64,000 nt of DNA from a bacterium (GCA_018675685.1 JABGXP010000010.1:49427-113426); one strand, 5' to 3'; counted from the stretch's first letter, positions 29,419 to 38,736 are shown. A program made the numbers and translations. The notes: generated by a model from the letters alone, not told the origin.

Positions 29419-30420
29419 CTACCTCTTTTTACAAATTGGATCTATTGAACTTTTCCCATTTCCTTCAAAAACATTATCACTTGAAATTTCTACCATTTTT
29501 GTGAAATAAGGAGATTTAATTGGAGCATGAAGAGCACATCTAATTCCAAAGTCAACGTTTTTAGCTATGAGATTATTTGAAATTTGCACAATTGAATTGC
29601 CTTCAAACGTTTGAAGATTGATTCCACTTGCTCCATTTTGAAGAAATATAGAATTCTCAATCACTAAATCTATATTTCCGATTTCTGTTTCTAAACCACC
29701 TTCTCCGTTTCCAATCACCTCTATATTGCTAATATATGTTTTCATTCCTGCATGCAGATCAACACCTTCTTCCCCGTTCTCTTTTAAGTAGGAATCTTTA
29801 ATAGTAACAGTGCTTTTCTGAAGATAGACACCCTGTCTTCGATTCTTGGTAATATGAGTTTTAACTATATCTAGTGTTGGTTTTGATGTGGAGTGTATTT
29901 CATTGAATATCCCCCATTTTGTTGCTTTTGAAATTTTGCAATTTGAAATTAAAATCCCGGTTTTATCTTGGGGTATGTAAACATTATACTTTCCATTTTC
30001 AACTGAAATATTCAGCAACTTGGTATGATTGTTTGCAAAAATAACCTTTCCTTTGTCGAGCAAGTCCAATGGTTGGATTATGGTCAGTATATTATTTTTA
30101 TAGTCAGTTTCTCCAGATAGAATAATATTTTCTGGTAATATTAAGTTTTCCTCGTAGATTCCTTTCTTAATTTTTATAATTTTCAAAGAAGTTTCTTTTT
30201 CTATGGACTCCAGAGCTGAGGAGATCTTTTTAAAAGGGTATTCAACAGAACCATTTTCAAGATTATTTTTCGATGATTGGTTAACAAAAACAATTCCCTT
30301 TTGGGGAATCAGCAGTTCATTTATGACATAGTCACTTATTCTTAGGTGAATTTGCTTATTAACAAGAAAAATAAAGCCAAAAAGAATTAGATATATAAAA
30401 AGATTCTTGAGTAGAGGCAT
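29419..30420 (-). CDS. Secreted right-handed parallel beta-helix (PbH1 / pectate-lyase-fold) protein
   Basis: Signal/TM N-terminus. Repeated G..G.I/V..N..I.N...GI stretches, e.g. NGEEGVDLHAGMKTYISNIEVIGNGEGGLETEIGNIDLVIENSIFLQNGASGINLQ. Confidence 0.55.
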   Translation of the reverse strand: MPLLKNLFIYLILFGFIFLVNKQIHLRISDYVINELLIPQKGIVFVNQSSKNNLENGSVEYPFKKISSALESIEKETSLKIIKIKKGIYEENLILPENIILSGETDYKNNILTIIQPLDLLDKGKVIFANNHTKLLNISVENGKYNVYIPQDKTGILISNCKISKATKWGIFNEIHSTSKPTLDIVKTHITKNRRQGVYLQKSTVTIKDSYLKENGEEGVDLHAGMKTYISNIEVIGNGEGGLETEIGNIDLVIENSIFLQNGASGINLQTFEGNSIVQISNNLIAKNVDFGIRCALHAPIKSPYFTKMVEISSDNVFEGNGKSSIDPICKKR

Positions 30421-30460
30421 ATTTATATTTTTTTAAAAAGGGTCTAAAAGATATCCTAAA

Positions 30461-31081
30461 CTATTTTGATAGTTTTTGAAAGTATAAATCGACATCACTA
30501 ATCCATTTTCTTACACTATAAGAGCTGTGGGTTCTACAAGAGGAACCACACTTCCAAACAATCATCTCCTTGGGAGTGTCTATTCCTTGTTTTACTAAAT
30601 AAGTTATTCGTTTAGCTACAATAGCTACAGCTTCTTCCCGTGAAGCAAAACAAGAATGCCCTCCGCTTCCAAGTGTGTTTGGTCCGCGATATCCCCAGTA
30701 ATTGAAACATTCCTTACCTTTGTATTTAGGAGTTCTTTTACCCCAATTACTTTCCTTCTTTGCGATACTCACGAGAAAAATTGAAACAATTTGATCATGC
30801 TCCATAATATAAGGAATCATTTCTTCAATCGGGTGCCCAGCAACCATTTCTCTTATTCTTTGTTCAAGCTCTATTTTTTCAATATTCTCAATATGAGAAC
30901 TCTTGCTTAAAGAAATATCTTCCTTGAGGTATATAAAATTATACCAAAGGCAAATAAATGTAAATAATAAAAGTACTAAAAAATATATCAAAAAATGACG
31001 AGATTTCTTCAGTGGAATAAAATCTTTTTTTAGTTTGTACAGAGATTTCTTTTTTGTTGCTTTTTCTTTTTTCATTTTCAA
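30461..31081 (-). CDS. Membrane-anchored GH73-like 4-Cys domain protein, paralog 3
   Basis: N-terminal TM helix. C-terminal block HPIEEMIPYIMEHDQIVSIFLVSIAKKESNWG...ECFNYWGYRG...GGHSCF...WKCGSSC...KWISDV. It lies directly upstream of, and on the same strand as, the beta-helix gene. Confidence 0.5.
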   Translation of the reverse strand: MKMKKEKATKKKSLYKLKKDFIPLKKSRHFLIYFLVLLLFTFICLWYNFIYLKEDISLSKSSHIENIEKIELEQRIREMVAGHPIEEMIPYIMEHDQIVSIFLVSIAKKESNWGKRTPKYKGKECFNYWGYRGPNTLGSGGHSCFASREEAVAIVAKRITYLVKQGIDTPKEMIVWKCGSSCRTHSSYSVRKWISDVDLYFQKLSK

Positions 31082-31145
31082 AGTCTTGTCACGTCTATCT
31101 TAATCATAACACAGAAAAGAATAGTCCTCAAAAAATCAACAAGTT

Positions 31146-31616
31146 TTAATAATGATATTGTTTTTTGTTGAGAATGCTAATTGCCCGATAGATTTGTTCG
31201 AATAACAATAATCTTGCTATTTCGTGAGGGAATGTCATCTGAGAAAGTGAAATTTTTTGTAGTTGTAACTTTTTGATTTCATCGCTAAACCCAAGAGTTC
31301 CAGCAACAATGAACGTGATACGCCCTGAAACTTTTTCAAGTTTTTTTGAAAAGTCGACTGAGGAGCACTCTTTGCCGTTTTCGTCTAATAGGAAAAAGTT
31401 TTCTGTATCATTTTTCATTATATATGTAAGGATTTTTTCACCTTCCTTTTTCTTGGACTTCAATTTATCACTTTCACGTAAGAATGGAATTGCTGACAAT
31501 TCAAGTATTTCTAATTTGCAAAAAGGACTAAGTCGTTTTTGATATTCTTTAACTAAAGAGAGAATTTCTTGATTTTTAATTTTTCCAACTGCAACAATTT
31601 TTATATCTAAAAACAT
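31146..31616 (-). CDS. rlmH: 23S rRNA (pseudouridine1915-N3)-methyltransferase RlmH
   Basis: SPOUT fold of ~155 aa. C-terminal FIVAGTLGFSDEI...SLSQMTFPHEIARLLLFEQIYRA is the RlmH signature. Confidence 0.8.
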   Translation of the reverse strand: MFLDIKIVAVGKIKNQEILSLVKEYQKRLSPFCKLEILELSAIPFLRESDKLKSKKKEGEKILTYIMKNDTENFFLLDENGKECSSVDFSKKLEKVSGRITFIVAGTLGFSDEIKKLQLQKISLSQMTFPHEIARLLLFEQIYRAISILNKKQYHY

Positions 31617-31734
31617 AAAAGGTTATTATTTTATTATTAATGATTTATTTTTGAAATGAAAAATGCACTACCTCGTCAATACGCGGTAGTCCATTTCTGG
31701 TCGCTCCTCGGCGACGATCTAAGAAAGTATCCGA

Positions 31735-31854
31735 CTAATTGGCTTTTTGGACGTGGCCGTTACCTGTTGCATAGGCATTCATATCGGCATTAAATGTGTC
31801 CTGTGTACCTGCAGCTGCTGTAGCTGTAATTGGTGGTCCGTAGCGCATCTTCAT
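31735..31854 (-). CDS. Small ORF, 39 aa (MKMRYGPPITATAAAGTQDTFNADMNAYATGNGHVQKAN), not in the ORF track
   Basis: SD GGGAGGT 6-7 nt upstream. Its own promoter TTGACA-N18-TATAAT is at 31989..31960 on the minus strand. A ~100-nt leader precedes it. GC-richer codons than the background. A hairpin plus T-run terminator follows at ~31700..31660. Confidence 0.35.
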   Translation of the reverse strand: MKMRYGPPITATAAAGTQDTFNADMNAYATGNGHVQKAN

Positions 31855-31959
31855 GGGTAACCTCCCGTGGGTTAATTTGAATTTTGGCTAAAAGCCGTCG
31901 ATAAATTATGTAGACCAATCAAGCGTGAAAAGCTCGATAAGCCTAGGGAACTGTTTAGT

Positions 31960-31989
31960 ATTATAAAACAAGGGAATCGCTATTGTCAA
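31960..31989 (-). promoter_or_regulatory. Canonical sigma70-type promoter (TTGACA-N18-TATAAT) for the 39-aa ORF
   Basis: Read on the minus strand: TTGACA ATAGCGATTCCCTTGTTT TATAAT. Confidence 0.5.
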
Positions 31990-32016
31990 ATATTAATTTA
32001 ATTTTTGGTTATTTTT

Positions 32017-32056
32017 AATAAAAAAGCAGGCCCAGCTCGAAAATTCGAGTTGGGCC
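32017..32056 (-). terminator. Intrinsic terminator for the 60-aa ORF
   Basis: Hairpin GGCCCAGCTCG-AAAATT-CGAGTTGGGCC (one G-U pair) followed on the minus strand by a T-run. A second small hairpin GGGGTCCTTTACCCC sits at 32068..32082. Confidence 0.6.
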
Positions 32057-32094
32057 TGACATTTTGTGGGGTCCTTTACCCCAAAGCCGGCTTG

Positions 32095-32277
32095 TTATCC
32101 ACAAATCATGATTCCCATTGCACCGTCTGCTGAGACATCGTCCGCAACCATAGTAGAATGGCTGACAATGCAGGTGGTCACCACATTTCCGAGATCATCT
32201 GATTTTCCTGTGGCTGTGCCCAGTGAGCTGTAAGTGGCATTGATATTGCCAGAGTTAAGGTTGGTAAACTTGTTCAT
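32095..32277 (-). CDS. Small ORF, 60 aa (MNKFTNLNSGNINATYSSLGTATGKSDDLGNVVTTCIVSHSTMVADDVSADGAMGIMICG)
   Basis: Strong SD TAGGAGGAAGGAGC 4-6 nt upstream of the ATG at 32277. A promoter TTGACA-N18-TAAAAT is at 32428..32399 (minus). A ~125-nt leader precedes it. GC-richer than background. The ORF track's 97-aa version starts upstream with no SD. Confidence 0.4.
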   Translation of the reverse strand: MNKFTNLNSGNINATYSSLGTATGKSDDLGNVVTTCIVSHSTMVADDVSADGAMGIMICG

Positions 32278-32398
32278 AAGCTCCTTCCTCCTACTGTGAG
32301 TGAAATACATGTGGTTTTTAGGCCACGGCTTTAGTAAAGTACTGCTTTGTCGGGTTTTTCCGATGCTACGAATGCGCTTTTGACGCAAGATTACTCTT

Positions 32399-32428
32399 AT
32401 TTTAAAACAAGTAGGGCATGCTTGTCAA
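32399..32428 (-). promoter_or_regulatory. Sigma70-type promoter (TTGACA-N18-TAAAAT) for the 60-aa ORF
   Basis: Read on the minus strand: TTGACA AGCATGCCCTACTTGTTT TAAAAT. Confidence 0.45.
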
Positions 32429-32534
32429 ATATCCAAACAACCCAAGGCATCATTTTGTTAATAGTAACCTTACTTTTCTCAAGGAAGTTTGTTATAATTG
32501 AAATGTAATTTTTCAAATAATAAAAACAAGGAGA

Positions 32535-33212
32535 ATGAATAGTATCAACATGGTTCTAACAGTTATCATGTTTGCTCTTTTCGCTGTAGCAGGACTTTTA
32601 GTTAAATTCCCTGACAAGGGGGATGATTTGATGGTGCAGCTAGCTAAGGGGCAGTTGTTTTCTGAAGAAGGAATTTACACTGGAAAAGTTGTCTTTGTGG
32701 AAGGTGACTTAGAGCAGAGAGTGCCTAAAGGTGGGGGATGGAAAAAGTTGGCGCAAGGAGAACAATTTCTTCCGGGGATGGAAATTAGAACGCTAGCAGA
32801 TTCAAAAGCAATCATTGAGTTTGATGAGAGAACAGCTCTATTAATGTCAGAAGTAACCCAAATAACTTTTGAAAATAAGCTATATCAAATTGACGTAGAG
32901 CTCGTTAATGGCTTTATTTTTAATAAAATTGATCTTGTTGCTTCTCGAAAATATAATATCAACGTAAACGATTACAGAATCGAAGCTACAAATGCTAATT
33001 TTGCTGTTAGAAAAGAATTCCAAGGCAATCCAGAAGTGTTAGTTTTGAGAGAAAAAATAGATCTATTTATAGACAAAGAGAAAAAGAACACATTTAACAA
33101 GGGGAGAAAGGTCGGTTTAAGAGTCGAAGAAATAGAAGAAATGGAAATCTCAGCCGATGATTACGCAAGGGAAGAAATGATATGGGGTTTAAAAGAGAGT
33201 GAAAAAAAATAG
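32535..33212 (+). CDS. Hypothetical membrane-anchored protein (FecR-like domain?)
   Basis: N-terminal TM helix then a beta-rich domain. The family assignment is weak. Confidence 0.35.
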   Translation: MNSINMVLTVIMFALFAVAGLLVKFPDKGDDLMVQLAKGQLFSEEGIYTGKVVFVEGDLEQRVPKGGGWKKLAQGEQFLPGMEIRTLADSKAIIEFDERTALLMSEVTQITFENKLYQIDVELVNGFIFNKIDLVASRKYNINVNDYRIEATNANFAVRKEFQGNPEVLVLREKIDLFIDKEKKNTFNKGRKVGLRVEEIEEMEISADDYAREEMIWGLKESEKK

Positions 33213-33314
33213 TGTCAACGCAACGTGTAGTAAAAGTTCATGCAACTATACAACTAGAATATAAATAAAAAATCACTGGTATTATACTAGTGATTTTTTA
33301 TTTATAGAAAGAGC

Positions 33315-34967
33315 CTAATTCTTAGGTGTCCAGATTTTTTCTTGATATTCGTTTACAAGCCTGTGAGTGTTGAAATGCCCAACCAAGGAAATCGCATTTT
33401 TCATTCTTTCAGCCCATTCATCTGTTCGATTATAATAACAATCGATTAAATCCTCCAATTGAACTAGGAGTGCTTTTGAATCATGTGCATCTTGATCTTC
33501 CCCTTCTGAGAAAGCTTCATTTCCAAATGCCCAACCAGCTTTTTTATTCATATTATACCCTTCAATCCACCAACCATCAAGAATTGAAAGGTTCAGGCCT
33601 CCATTTAATGCTGCTTTCATCCCACTTGTTCCGCTGGCTTCCCTTGGTGGAATTGGATTGTTCAACCAAACATCACAACCAGTAATTAACTTCTTGGCAA
33701 CTTCTATATTGTATTCTGTTAGAATCGCAACGCGGATTTGTCCACGAAGCATGTGGGAGTATCGCTCAACTTCTTGTTTTATTTGGTTGCAAAAAGAGTC
33801 TCCTTCATGACAATTTCCTGCAAAGATAAGTTGAATTTTTCTGTAACCCATATTCCGAAGTCGCTCCATGTCCTTAAAAATCAAAGTATGTCTTTTGTAG
33901 GGGACATAGCGACGTGCAAAGCCAATCGTGAGAGTTTTGACTCCGAACGAATCATCATCCTCAATCTTTTCAAAGGGAAATAATTCCTTTCTGGAATTTA
34001 ACCAATCAACTAATTCATGTTTTTGCTTTTTATGCGCTGCTACAATTGCCTGGGAATCAATTTTTTCAGTAGTGTCTTTTAGTAGTTCAGGTTTTTCTTC
34101 CCAGCCGGCAAAGGCCTCATCTAAGAGAGTTTTAATCTCGCCTCCAACCCAACGAGGATGATAGATTCCGTTAGTAACATTCTCAAAGTCATGTCGAGGA
34201 AACATTCCTTCGCAAACCTCACGATGTTTAGCGGAAACGCTATTAGAGACACGACTTAGATTTAACGCTAAATCAGTCGTGCTCAGATCTTCGTAGGTCG
34301 CATATTCTTTAATTTCGAGCGGCAGAGCTTTGTGTATTGTGCTGTAGGCTAATTTATACTCAAAATGATCATGTCCAGCTGGGACTGGTGTGTGAGTTGT
34401 GAAAGTACAAAGATCCCTTACTTTTTTTGCATCGTGATTGTGTTTTTTCAGTAGTTCTAATGTTAGGAGGGATGAATGACCTTCATTCATATGGTAAGTA
34501 TCAAGCTTATTGTAGCCAAGGATTTCAAGCGCACGAACACCGGCAATTCCCAAGATCAACTCTTGTCCCAAGCGAGTGTAGCGATCAGCAGCATATAGAT
34601 ATTTCGTAAGATCCCTATCCCATTTTTTATTATCTGGATGATTACTGCTTAAAAAAATGATCGGAATTGATTTTTCACTTCGTCCTTTCAGAGCAAGCTC
34701 CCAGAGCATAATTTTCACATTTCGTCCTTCAATTTCGACTTCAACTATCTCGTCATGCAAGGTCAGAAACTCTTCTGCATTAAACATCTTACCCTCTTCT
34801 TCACTTTGATGATAGATAAGCGAAACACCAACAACATCGCTACCAAGATCGGCGCAAGAATGTAAAGTGTCACCGGCAAGAATTCCAAGACCTCCAGCAT
34901 AGTTTGGAATTGCATCTTGCAAGGCAATCTCCATCGAGAAATAAGCAGTAGTTTGTAGTTTTTCCAC
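33315..34967 (-). CDS. glgP: Alpha-glucan (glycogen/maltodextrin) phosphorylase, short GT35 type
   Basis: YFSMEIALQDAIPNYAGGLGILAGD, and the pyridoxal-phosphate lysine region ASGTSGMKAALNGGLNLSILDGWW. The start is probably GTG at 34967. Confidence 0.9.
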   Translation of the reverse strand: MEKLQTTAYFSMEIALQDAIPNYAGGLGILAGDTLHSCADLGSDVVGVSLIYHQSEEEGKMFNAEEFLTLHDEIVEVEIEGRNVKIMLWELALKGRSEKSIPIIFLSSNHPDNKKWDRDLTKYLYAADRYTRLGQELILGIAGVRALEILGYNKLDTYHMNEGHSSLLTLELLKKHNHDAKKVRDLCTFTTHTPVPAGHDHFEYKLAYSTIHKALPLEIKEYATYEDLSTTDLALNLSRVSNSVSAKHREVCEGMFPRHDFENVTNGIYHPRWVGGEIKTLLDEAFAGWEEKPELLKDTTEKIDSQAIVAAHKKQKHELVDWLNSRKELFPFEKIEDDDSFGVKTLTIGFARRYVPYKRHTLIFKDMERLRNMGYRKIQLIFAGNCHEGDSFCNQIKQEVERYSHMLRGQIRVAILTEYNIEVAKKLITGCDVWLNNPIPPREASGTSGMKAALNGGLNLSILDGWWIEGYNMNKKAGWAFGNEAFSEGEDQDAHDSKALLVQLEDLIDCYYNRTDEWAERMKNAISLVGHFNTHRLVNEYQEKIWTPKN

Positions 34968-35127
34968 AGTAAATATAACTTTCTTTCAAATACGCCACAA
35001 GACAAAAGCTTATCTGAAGATAGATTTTTATTTTTATTATTTTTTTATTAAGTAATATAACTATAACATATACAGGAGATTTTCAGAAGACATTTATTTT
35101 TTAAAACATTGCTTTTTGTGGGTAGGT

Positions 35128-35190
35128 ATGAGATATTTGTTGGAAGGCTAAAAAATATAGTCTTTTGTAGTACGTTGAAATCTATTGTGA
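35128..35190 (+). promoter_or_regulatory. Conserved ~60-bp leader element, copy A (upstream of purL)
   Basis: ATGAGATATTTGTTGGAAGGCTAAAAAATATAGTCTTTTGTAGTACGTTGAAATC is about 75% identical to 38737..38795. Confidence 0.5.
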
Positions 35191-35262
35191 AAAATTTATA
35201 GTTAGAATATGGAAATATTCTATTAACCTAAGTATAACTCAAACCTGCAAGGAGGTTACAAG

Positions 35263-38001
35263 ATGATCTATTCGATCGCTGTACGGCCTAAAGAAAAAAA
35301 TGGGTCGGTTATCAAGGTCTATTATCTGGAAATTTCTAAGGAAAATCCGGACATTGATCTTCTGGCTAACACTTTGTTCCATAATCCGTTGACTGAGGAG
35401 CTGGTACCGGAACTGCCACAAGAAAACATCACAATTGTGATGCGCAACAATGCAGTTTTGGATTCTGCTCAGAAGTCAATCATCGACGGTTGTCGAAGGC
35501 TCGGTGTGGAAGTGGAAGCAGCCAAAGTAGCTCATTGCTACATTGGCGAAGTACCCGCTTCAGTTTTTATTAACCCTTTGATTCATGTGAAATATCATGA
35601 AGTGCCTCAACTGGAAACCCTGAAACCACGCGGTTCCAAGGTTCCCATGGAAGTTGTTGATTTGCGTGAGTATGACGATAAAGGACTTATGCAGATGAGC
35701 GAAGATCGGGATTTGAGTCTATCTTTGAAACAGATGAGAGAGTTGGTTTTGATTCAGATGGATTTGGAACAAGGCCCGGTTTCAGATGTATTCCTGGATA
35801 TTTTCGCGGCCCGCTGGTCAGATCACTGTTGTCACACTACTTGGCTATCCTGTGGATTGCTAAATATGCTCAAGAGAGCAACTGAAGTCATTGCCAATCC
35901 CAATCTCGTATCAGCCTATTATGATAATGCTGGTGGTTGGGCTTTCTATGACAATCTAGTGCTCTGTATTTCAATCGAAACTCATAACAGTCCGACAGGA
36001 AAAGAACCTTATGGCGGACAAATCACTAAACTACTCGGGAATATCCGTGATATTTTCGAATTTGCCTTAGGTGCCAAGCCGATTGGCTCCCTGGAATTGA
36101 CAGTTCTGGGTGAATTAGCCCGGAAAAAATTTCCTGAAATTGCTGGATTCACTCTTGATGCTGATATTGTTGCAAGGGAAACTATTCGGGCTATTGCTGA
36201 TGCCGGAGACCCCATGGGGATTCCGATGATGCTGGCCTCGATGGATTCCCATCCTGGTTATTCCGGAAAACCCTTCGCTTTGGGCGGAAATGTCGGAATT
36301 ACAAGGAAGGAAGTGGCTCAAAAAGGAGTTCCAAGAATTGGCGATTGGGCTGTAGTCCTTAACTGGACTGGTAATGATGGCTATCACGGTGCGACAGTTA
36401 GTTCTGGTGGTTTAACCGAAAAGACTGACACTGGCGATGCCAACCATGTTCAGATGGGGGATACCTTTCCACAACAGAAGTTGATGAGAGCTCGACTGGA
36501 ACTTCGTGATAATGACTGTTTGAGTGCCGGGAATGATTTCGGTGCCGCCGGATTTACTTCCTTTATGGAAATAGCCGAAGCCACTAAGCGTGGAGTCGGA
36601 TATGCTGGCGGGGTCAAACTGAATTTTGGCTGGGTTCCGACGAAATGTGTCGGTATTCCTGACAAAATTATTGCTGTTGGCGAAAGTCAGGAACGTTTCG
36701 GACACGTTGTGAAACCGGAGAAATTGGAAGAAGCCATGGCCATCTACGAAAAATATGAATTGATGGCGACTGTGGTTGGAATTTTCACTGGTAATAATCG
36801 GGTTCAGATTTTTAATGATCCCGATGCTACTAAACTAACTGTAGAGTCACCATTAACGGGGGTTGTCTCTTTTGACGTCCCCTACGAAATGTTTGATCGT
36901 TGTCCTTTGCCGACTGCTAAGCCGGTAGCTCCTCCGACGCTTTCTCCTCAGATTGTATTTCCTAAAATTGAGAAAAAGAACGTGGAAGAGTTAGCCATTC
37001 AGGTTGTAGGCAGTTTTGCCTTGGCTAATCAAGCTTGGGCTACCACCCAGTATGATTCAACAGTTCAGGGTATTACTAAACAAGGTCCGTTATACGGGAA
37101 GAATTACAATATCCCGAGTTCCTTGGCAGTACTTAAGCCAGTTGAAGATAAGAACTGGGGTGTGACTTTCAGTTCCAGTTTTGCTCCTTGGCAGTTTGAT
37201 GTTGATCCTGTTGCGGCAGCTTTCAATGCCGTAGCAGACGCTGTAATAAAACAGATTGTGGCCGGTGTAAGCATGGAAGACATTTGTCTGGCCGATAATT
37301 TTTACACCCCAGATAAAGACCCTTATGCTTTATGGTATCTATGTGAGCAGGTTAAACTGCTAGCAGAAACATCCGTTGCATTTGGGGCTCCCTTTATTAC
37401 CGGTAAGGATAGTTCTCATGGCTCAGGTGAATATAATGGCACCATTGTCAATGTTCCTCCTGGGGTCTGTGTCTCAGCGCTAGGGAAGGTTCCTGATTTT
37501 CATAAAATCACACCTCATCTCTGGAGCTCTCCTGGTAACAAATTGTATTCCATTGGTTATCAAACTAAAACCCTTAAGGGTTCGATTCTGGCTTCTGAGC
37601 TAGACTTGATCGAACGAGATCAGATTGACACTATGACAATTGGTCAGGGGGCTCGATTTTTGAAAGAGCTCGAAGTTTTTACGCAGGCTGGGCATTTTGC
37701 TTCAGCTGTGCCGGTTAACCGTGGTGGTTTGATCCAGAAATTGTTTGAAGGAGTCCAAGCTTCCGGATTTGGTGTGAAAACCGATCTAGTGGAAGAACTT
37801 TTTCCGGAAAGCTTTGGTTCAGTGCTGGTGGAAGTTTCACCCAAGATTTCAGGATTAGTGGAAGGTTATTTCAACGGCGAAATAGAATTGGTCGGTGAAA
37901 TTACCGCTACACCTGAAATAGCAGTGCAAGGAACAAACCTTGATATGAATAAACTCTTCAATGCCTGGAATAGTGGCTTTACAAGAAAGGTGGTGGTTTA
38001 A
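35263..38001 (+). CDS. purL: Phosphoribosylformylglycinamidine synthase PurL with an N-terminal PurS-like extension
   Basis: ETHNSPTGKEPYGGQITKLLGNIRDIFEFALGAKPIG matches the PurL ETHNHP...EPY..A.TG.GG.IRD pattern. Two PurM-like halves. 912 aa. Strong SD AAGGAGG. Confidence 0.85.
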   Translation: MIYSIAVRPKEKNGSVIKVYYLEISKENPDIDLLANTLFHNPLTEELVPELPQENITIVMRNNAVLDSAQKSIIDGCRRLGVEVEAAKVAHCYIGEVPASVFINPLIHVKYHEVPQLETLKPRGSKVPMEVVDLREYDDKGLMQMSEDRDLSLSLKQMRELVLIQMDLEQGPVSDVFLDIFAARWSDHCCHTTWLSCGLLNMLKRATEVIANPNLVSAYYDNAGGWAFYDNLVLCISIETHNSPTGKEPYGGQITKLLGNIRDIFEFALGAKPIGSLELTVLGELARKKFPEIAGFTLDADIVARETIRAIADAGDPMGIPMMLASMDSHPGYSGKPFALGGNVGITRKEVAQKGVPRIGDWAVVLNWTGNDGYHGATVSSGGLTEKTDTGDANHVQMGDTFPQQKLMRARLELRDNDCLSAGNDFGAAGFTSFMEIAEATKRGVGYAGGVKLNFGWVPTKCVGIPDKIIAVGESQERFGHVVKPEKLEEAMAIYEKYELMATVVGIFTGNNRVQIFNDPDATKLTVESPLTGVVSFDVPYEMFDRCPLPTAKPVAPPTLSPQIVFPKIEKKNVEELAIQVVGSFALANQAWATTQYDSTVQGITKQGPLYGKNYNIPSSLAVLKPVEDKNWGVTFSSSFAPWQFDVDPVAAAFNAVADAVIKQIVAGVSMEDICLADNFYTPDKDPYALWYLCEQVKLLAETSVAFGAPFITGKDSSHGSGEYNGTIVNVPPGVCVSALGKVPDFHKITPHLWSSPGNKLYSIGYQTKTLKGSILASELDLIERDQIDTMTIGQGARFLKELEVFTQAGHFASAVPVNRGGLIQKLFEGVQASGFGVKTDLVEELFPESFGSVLVEVSPKISGLVEGYFNGEIELVGEITATPEIAVQGTNLDMNKLFNAWNSGFTRKVVV

Positions 38002-38640
38002 ATGAAAAAAGTATTTGTCATTTATTGGCCGGGAATCAATTGTGAGGAAGAAACAATGGCCGCTTTTCGGGCTGTTGGTGCTGATCCTCAGTTGGTTTTT
38101 GTTCGGGATTTGATCTCCGGAAAAATCAAGATCACTGACTGTGATTTGATTTGTTTCCCAGGTGGATTTTCTTATGGTGATCACATTGACACTGGGATCG
38201 TTGCAGCTGTAATGATTCAGGAATTTATTCAGGCGCTCCTAGAGGCCAAAATCCCAGGGATTTTTATTTGCAATGGTTTCCAAATCGCAGTCAGAGCGGG
38301 AATCTTTGGTAATAACAACTTAGCCTTGGTTCAGAATGATTCAGGAGTTTTCTGTAGTCGTCCAGCCAAGCATTTTGTTGAGAAAAGTAACTGTCTTTGG
38401 ACAGCAGGATTGGAAGGAAGAACTCTTAAATTCCCTGCTGCTCATCATGCCGGTAAAGTCACCACTTTCGGCCATGTTAATCGTGTGATGCGCTATGAAG
38501 GGCTCTCTCCTAATGGAGGAGAAATAGCTGCTGTCACAAATCCGAATGGCACGCTCTTGGGCATTATGGACCATCCGGAGAGGCCGATAGGGAACAAGGA
38601 CGGTCTTGAGATTTTTCGCAACGGAATAAAAGCAGTTTGA
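38002..38640 (+). CDS. purQ: Phosphoribosylformylglycinamidine synthase glutamine amidotransferase subunit PurQ
   Basis: KVFVIYWPGINCEEE...CFPGGFSYGDHID, with the catalytic Cys in the ICNGFQ context. Start overlaps the purL stop. Confidence 0.85.
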   Translation: MKKVFVIYWPGINCEEETMAAFRAVGADPQLVFVRDLISGKIKITDCDLICFPGGFSYGDHIDTGIVAAVMIQEFIQALLEAKIPGIFICNGFQIAVRAGIFGNNNLALVQNDSGVFCSRPAKHFVEKSNCLWTAGLEGRTLKFPAAHHAGKVTTFGHVNRVMRYEGLSPNGGEIAAVTNPNGTLLGIMDHPERPIGNKDGLEIFRNGIKAV

Positions 38641-38659
38641 AAGGACTGCACGATACATA

Positions 38660-38700
38660 AAGGTATCTTTGGAAATTTTTCCAAAGATACCTTTTCTTTT
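38660..38700 (+). terminator. Intrinsic terminator after purQ
   Basis: AAGGTATCTTTGG-AAATTTTT-CCAAAGATACCTT plus a T-rich tail. Confidence 0.6.
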
Positions 38701-38736
38701 TAAGAATATTAAAATTGTTGCTTTTAGCTTTTAGAT

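Noticed and set aside
32095-32388. The 97-aa version of the minus-strand small ORF, starting at MRQKRIRS.
   Set aside because: The upstream ATG has no SD and lies inside the predicted 5' leader. The internal ATG at 32277 sits 4-6 nt after a very strong SD. I prefer the 60-aa product.
31617-32534. Possibility that the GC-rich patch is tmRNA, RNase P RNA, SRP RNA or 6S RNA.
   Set aside because: I found no tRNA-like T-loop (GGTTCGAATCC-type) and no terminal CCA context. The RNase P GGAAAGTCCGG and AGGGTGAAA signatures and the SRP domain-IV GGAA-loop context are absent. The visible signals are two promoter-SD-ORF-terminator units. This still needs an Rfam scan.
35128-35190. The repeated leader element as a purine or ZTP riboswitch or a PurR box.
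   Set aside because: It lacks the purine-riboswitch P1/J conserved bases and the ZTP pfl pseudoknot consensus as I recall them, and it is not palindromic like the E. coli PurR box. I kept it as an unclassified regulatory repeat.
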